This document shows, piece by piece, positions 59,896 to 64,000 of a stretch of 64,000 nt of DNA. A program made the position numbers and the translations under genes. Under the pieces are notes generated by a model. That model saw only the letters and a list, made by a program, of their open reading frames with translations, did not search any database and was not told the DNA's origin. Source of the DNA: an uncultured Gammaproteobacteria bacterium (GTDB taxonomy: Bacteria; Patescibacteriota; Patescibacteriia; UBA1558; GWA2-36-10); NCBI GenBank assembly GCA_964604515.1, contig CAZRZA010000002.1, positions 1,607 through 65,606 on the forward strand, given 5' to 3'. Position 1 is the stretch's first letter. Every line of letters begins with the position of its first letter.

Positions 59896-61338
59896 TCACC
59901 CTTCTTTCTTTAATTTAGCTAATTGACTTTTAATTTTGTCTTTAGCCATATGAGTGACAACCATATTTAACCAATCAGGATTTGGTTTTCTTCTATTTTT
60001 ATTTTTTAATATTTCTACAACATCTCCAGATCTCAAGGGAGTATTTAAAGAAGCTATTTGGTCATTTATTTTGGAACCAATACATTGATTACCGATATCA
60101 GTGTGAATATGATAAGCAAAGTCTAAGGGGCTAGCATTTTCTGGCAATTCAATAACATCTCCTTCGGGAGTAAAAACAAATATTTTATCTTTAAATAAAT
60201 CATTTTTAATATGCTTTAAGAACTCTTTATTATCAGTAATACTTCTTTGGATGTCTAAAAGATGTTTTATCCAAAGTGAAACTCTTTTTTGATCACCGAG
60301 AGTTTTTATTTCTTTATATCTGGTATGAGCTGCTATACCATATTCTGCTTCTTCATTCATTTCTTCTGTTCTTATTTGAAACTCTGCTATTTTACCAAAT
60401 TCTGTAAAAACAGAAGTATGCAAAGATTGATAACCATTAGGTTTTGGTTGAGCAATATAATCTTTAACCCTACCTTTTAAGGGTGTCCATTTTTTATGAA
60501 TAATACCTAAAACACTATAACAGTCTGGTATATCTTTAACTACTATTCTTAAGGCTATTAAATCATATACTTTATTAATATCTTTTCCTTTTCTAATTAG
60601 TTTTTGGTAAATGCTATATACTGTTTTTATTCTACCTATTAATTTAAAATCATTTATATTATTTTTAACCAAATCCTTTTGAATAATTTTCTTTATTTTT
60701 TCAATATACTTTATTTCACTTTTTAATCTATTCTGTATTAAATTATTAACCCATTTATATTCTTGAGGGTAAACATAAGGAAAAGAAAGGTCTTCTAATT
60801 TAGTTTTCATATCAAACATTCCCAATCTATTAGCAATAGGGGCTAATATTTCTAAAGTTTCCCTGGCTATTCTTTCTCTTTTATCTTCTCTTACTCCTTC
60901 TAAGGTTTCCATATTATGAAGACGGTCTGCTAATTTTATAATTATTACCCTTAAGTCTTTAGACATAGCTAAAAACATTTTTCTTAAACTTTCAGCATAT
61001 CTCTCAAAGCCTCTATACTTTAAAGCAGATAATTTAGTAACCCCTCTTACTAAATAATATATTTCTTTACCAAAATTATTCTTAATATCTTCTAAAGTAA
61101 AATCAGTATCCTCTGGCACATCATGTAATAAGCCAGCAGCAATAGAAGGGATATCCATTTTCATGCTAGCTAAGTTATAAGCAGTAGCTAAAGCATGATA
61201 AATATAATCTTCACCAGTTCTTCTTTTTTGTCCTTTATGGGCTTCAGAGGCAAAATGAAAAGCCTTGATAATAAGACGAGTATCTTTTTCAGGATAATTA
61301 GTAATTAATATTTTATTTAAATCTTCAAATGTAATCAT
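59896..61338 (-). CDS. short RelA/SpoT-homolog (HD hydrolase + (p)ppGpp synthetase + TGS; no ACT/C-terminal regulatory domain)
   Basis: HD motif AGLLHDVPED, synthetase motifs RIKTVYSIYQKL / DLIALRIVV / GYQSLHTSV, TGS-like VFTPEGDVIELP; 480 aa. Confidence 0.85.
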   Translation of the reverse strand: MITFEDLNKILITNYPEKDTRLIIKAFHFASEAHKGQKRRTGEDYIYHALATAYNLASMKMDIPSIAAGLLHDVPEDTDFTLEDIKNNFGKEIYYLVRGVTKLSALKYRGFERYAESLRKMFLAMSKDLRVIIIKLADRLHNMETLEGVREDKRERIARETLEILAPIANRLGMFDMKTKLEDLSFPYVYPQEYKWVNNLIQNRLKSEIKYIEKIKKIIQKDLVKNNINDFKLIGRIKTVYSIYQKLIRKGKDINKVYDLIALRIVVKDIPDCYSVLGIIHKKWTPLKGRVKDYIAQPKPNGYQSLHTSVFTEFGKIAEFQIRTEEMNEEAEYGIAAHTRYKEIKTLGDQKRVSLWIKHLLDIQRSITDNKEFLKHIKNDLFKDKIFVFTPEGDVIELPENASPLDFAYHIHTDIGNQCIGSKINDQIASLNTPLRSGDVVEILKNKNRRKPNPDWLNMVVTHMAKDKIKSQLAKLKKEG

Positions 61339-61410
61339 ATCTTTATATTAGTTTTATTTAAAAAGAAAATCAAGTCTTTTTAACTTGATTTCTTATTTTA
61401 ATCACTTTTT

Positions 61411-63597
61411 TTATTTAACAAAGTTACAACTTTCACATTTTATCTTATCTTGAGCAGCATGTAATAATAATTGTTTACATTCTGGACAGAGATCTCCAGT
61501 AGGTTTGGACCAAACAGCATGCTCACAGTCAGGGTAGGCATCACAAGCATAAAATGTTTTTCCAGCCCTAGTTCTTTTTTCAACAATATCACCTTTTTTA
61601 CACTGAGGACACTTTACTCCTAGGCTTTTACTTATATTTTGAGTTGTTTTACAATCTGGGTAATTAGAACAAGCTAGGAATTTTCCAAAACGACCTTGTT
61701 TCATAATCATAGCAGAGGAACATTTAGGACATTTTTCATCAATTTCTTCTGGTTCTTCTATTTTACCATCATCACCTAATGGTTTAGTATTTTTACAATC
61801 TGGATAATTAGAACAAGCTAGGAATTTTCCAAAACGACCTAATTTGATTATCATGCCACTTTGACATTTATCACAGATTTCGTCTGTTTTTTCTTCTGTG
61901 ATTTCTTTTTTGTCTAATTCTTTTTCTTTCATTTTTATATTTTTAATAAATGGTTTATAAAAGTTATTTAAAAGAGGTTGCCATTTTTCTTCACCAATAG
62001 CTACTTTATCTAAATCACCTTCTAATTTAGCTGTAAAGTTATAATCAACTATGTCCTTAAAATGTTCTTTTAATAAATTATTAACTATTTCTCCTATTTC
62101 TGTAGGGGCTAATCTTTTTTCTTCTTTCTCAACATATTTTCTAGCTATAATTGTTGCTATAGTAGGAGCATAAGTAGAAGGACGACCTATTTCTAGTTCT
62201 TCCATAGCCTTTACTAAACCAGCCTCTGAATATCTAGCCGGAGGAGCAGTGAAGTGTTGTAAGGCTTCTAAATTCTTTAATTTTAATTTATCATTTTCTT
62301 TTAATTCCGGCAAGACATTATCTTCTTTTTTAGAGTGGTAAATAGCTTGCCAACCTAAGAAGACCATTACTGATCCACTGGCTCTAAGAGTCCAAATAGT
62401 ATCTTTAGCCTCTATATCAACGGTTGTTGCTTCAGTTATGCTCTGAGTCATTTGAGAGGCCACAGCTCTTTGCCAAATTAGAGTATATACTTTCAATTGT
62501 TTAGGATCTAAATATTGAGCAAGACTTTCTGGATCATTCTGAGCTTCTGTTGGTCTAATAGCTTCATGAGCCTCTTGAGCTGTTTTACTTTTTTTCTTAA
62601 ATACTCTTCCTTTTTCTATGTATTCATTACCAAGTTTCTTTTCTATATAATTAGTAGCTTCATTAACAAAAGTGTCAGAGAGACTATAGGAGTCTGTTCT
62701 CATATAAGTTATTAAACCAGTATTACCTTTTTTTCCAATATTAAGACCTTCATATAATTGTTGAGCCAACATCATTGTTTGTTTAGCAGAATAGCCAAAC
62801 CTTCTATTAGCATCTTGTTGAAGGGTAGAGGTAATAAAAGGAGGTAAAGGAGATTTCTTTTGTTCGCGGGCTGTAATTTTATTAACAATTAAATCTGTTT
62901 CTTTAATTTCTTTAGTAGCTTTATTTGCTTCTTTGTCTTGCAAGTCAAATTTAGCTATTTTCTTATTATTTTTAGAATGTAAATGAACTTTAAATTCCTC
63001 TCCCTTTTTAGCTAATCCCTCTACAGTCCAATATTCTTCTGGATTAAACTTTCTAATTTCTTTTTCTCTTTCGACAATTAAACGAACGGCGACAGACTGT
63101 ACTCGCCCCGCTGATAAACCTCTGGCTACTTTTTTCCATAATAAGGGAGATAATTTATAGCCCACTAAACGATCTAAGGCTCTTCTAGCTTGTTGAGCAT
63201 CTACTAAGTCTATATTTAATTCTCGGGGATTATTAATAGCTTCTAAAATAGCCTTTTTAGTAATTTCATGAAAAACAATTCTCTTAGATTTTTTATCGGA
63301 AGCATTTAATAATATTTTTAAATGCCAAGAAATAGCCTCTCCTTCTCTGTCTTCATCAGTAGCAAAATAAATTGTTTCTGCTTTCTTAGCTAATTCCTTT
63401 AATTTCTTAACTACTTTAGCAGCTTTAACTGGTACTTCATAACTTAATTCATAATTATTATCAACATCAATGCCTAATTTACTTTTTGGTAAATCTCTAA
63501 TATGACCAAAAGAAGACTCTACTTTATAGTCTTTTCCTAAAAATCCTTTAATTGTTTTGGCTTTAGTAGGTGATTCTACTATTACTAAATTTTTCAT
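61411..63597 (-). CDS. topA: DNA topoisomerase I with C-terminal zinc ribbons
   Basis: TOPRIM N-terminus LVIVESPTKAKTI, active-site region GLITYMRTDS, three CxxC...C zinc ribbons including duplicated GRFGKFLACSNYPDCK. Confidence 0.95.
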   Translation of the reverse strand: MKNLVIVESPTKAKTIKGFLGKDYKVESSFGHIRDLPKSKLGIDVDNNYELSYEVPVKAAKVVKKLKELAKKAETIYFATDEDREGEAISWHLKILLNASDKKSKRIVFHEITKKAILEAINNPRELNIDLVDAQQARRALDRLVGYKLSPLLWKKVARGLSAGRVQSVAVRLIVEREKEIRKFNPEEYWTVEGLAKKGEEFKVHLHSKNNKKIAKFDLQDKEANKATKEIKETDLIVNKITAREQKKSPLPPFITSTLQQDANRRFGYSAKQTMMLAQQLYEGLNIGKKGNTGLITYMRTDSYSLSDTFVNEATNYIEKKLGNEYIEKGRVFKKKSKTAQEAHEAIRPTEAQNDPESLAQYLDPKQLKVYTLIWQRAVASQMTQSITEATTVDIEAKDTIWTLRASGSVMVFLGWQAIYHSKKEDNVLPELKENDKLKLKNLEALQHFTAPPARYSEAGLVKAMEELEIGRPSTYAPTIATIIARKYVEKEEKRLAPTEIGEIVNNLLKEHFKDIVDYNFTAKLEGDLDKVAIGEEKWQPLLNNFYKPFIKNIKMKEKELDKKEITEEKTDEICDKCQSGMIIKLGRFGKFLACSNYPDCKNTKPLGDDGKIEEPEEIDEKCPKCSSAMIMKQGRFGKFLACSNYPDCKTTQNISKSLGVKCPQCKKGDIVEKRTRAGKTFYACDAYPDCEHAVWSKPTGDLCPECKQLLLHAAQDKIKCESCNFVK

Positions 63598-63644
63598 AAT
63601 TTACTTTTAAACGATTTTGACTATACAAGATACTAGTTGATTTG

Positions 63645-64000
63645 TCAATTCTTACTTTTTTAATATTATTTTCTGAGCACCTTCTTTTATTAAGCTATTA
63701 GGGCCTTTACTTAATTCCCTTTTAGTTGTATCTTCCAAAGCATAAACTTCTCTGCCCTCTTCTAAGGCTACTTGAGCAGTAATTAATGTTCCAGATTTTA
63801 ATGTTCCAGAAATAACTATTATTATTTCTGAGAGACCAGCTAATATTCTATTTCTTTGGGGGAAGGTATATTTGCTAGGTTTAGTATTTTGACTATATTC
63901 AGAAAGTAATAGACCGTTATTATTAATAATATCTTGGGCTAATTTTATATTTACTTTAGGGTATATTTGATCTAATCCAGAGCCAAGAACAGCGATAGTA
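63645..64000 (-). CDS. dprA: DNA processing protein DprA/Smf (C-terminal part; truncated at window edge)
   Basis: Minus-strand translation ...IAVLGSGLDQIYP...FPQRNRILAGLSEIIIVISGTLKSGTLITAQVALEEGREVYAL... matches the DprA Rossmann-like domain; stop at 63645-63647. Confidence 0.75.

Overview
This is an AT-rich (~28% GC) bacterial chromosomal segment read with the standard genetic code (long intact ORFs ending mostly in TAA). The gene content and style suggest a small-genome Candidate Phyla Radiation/Patescibacteria-like organism: short rpsA, many overlapping start/stop codons, and many small Cys-rich and Lys-rich proteins. Most of the window is housekeeping. Identified genes include rpsA, gyrA, ruvB, ychF, uvrD/pcrA, copA, folD, glyA, trpS, RNase J, secG, uvrA, groES/groEL, pyk, dnaG-rpoD, typA, an MscS channel, xth, an M23 peptidase, parA/parB, a Rel-like synthetase, topA and a partial dprA. 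There is a tRNA-Ser and a four-tRNA operon (Leu, Met/Ile2-CAU, initiator Met, Asn) flanked by consensus divergent promoters and a terminator.

Several regions are less ordinary.
(1) A divergent, start-codon-overlapping pair encodes a radical-SAM Elp3 homologue and a clear Trm9-like methyltransferase. Together these would give a eukaryote/archaeal-type (m)cm5U34 tRNA wobble pathway in a bacterium.
(2) An accessory surface-protein island lies at 20.5-25.5 kb. Three paralogous secreted proteins share a conserved N-terminal module (K-rich leader, GAKISTETKLLLS, a TM helix and a short stalk) but carry unrelated Cys-rich C-terminal domains. One has ADAMTS-like CGVCGGD(G/N)SSC repeats and one has 60-bp tandem beta-helix repeats. 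A membrane-anchored ClpB D1 fragment with a destroyed P-loop and a bactofilin-like membrane protein are also in this island.
(3) A tail-fibre-like secreted protein gene has a G8 tract inside its promoter spacer and a T8 tract that separates the signal peptide from the mature protein by a frameshift. The oligopeptide SBP gene has an analogous A7 frameshift. These are candidate slipped-strand phase switches or homopolymer sequencing errors.
(4) A DEDD 3'-5' exonuclease fused to a WYL ligand-sensing domain is co-transcribed with the UvrD/PcrA helicase.
(5) Two intergenic islands are unexplained by any gene. One is a 720-bp convergent spacer holding a GC-rich perfect 10/13-bp stem element. The other is a 457-bp AT-rich spacer after tRNA-Ser with direct repeats and a GC-rich hairpin.

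No CRISPR arrays, transposases, integrases or rRNA genes were seen.
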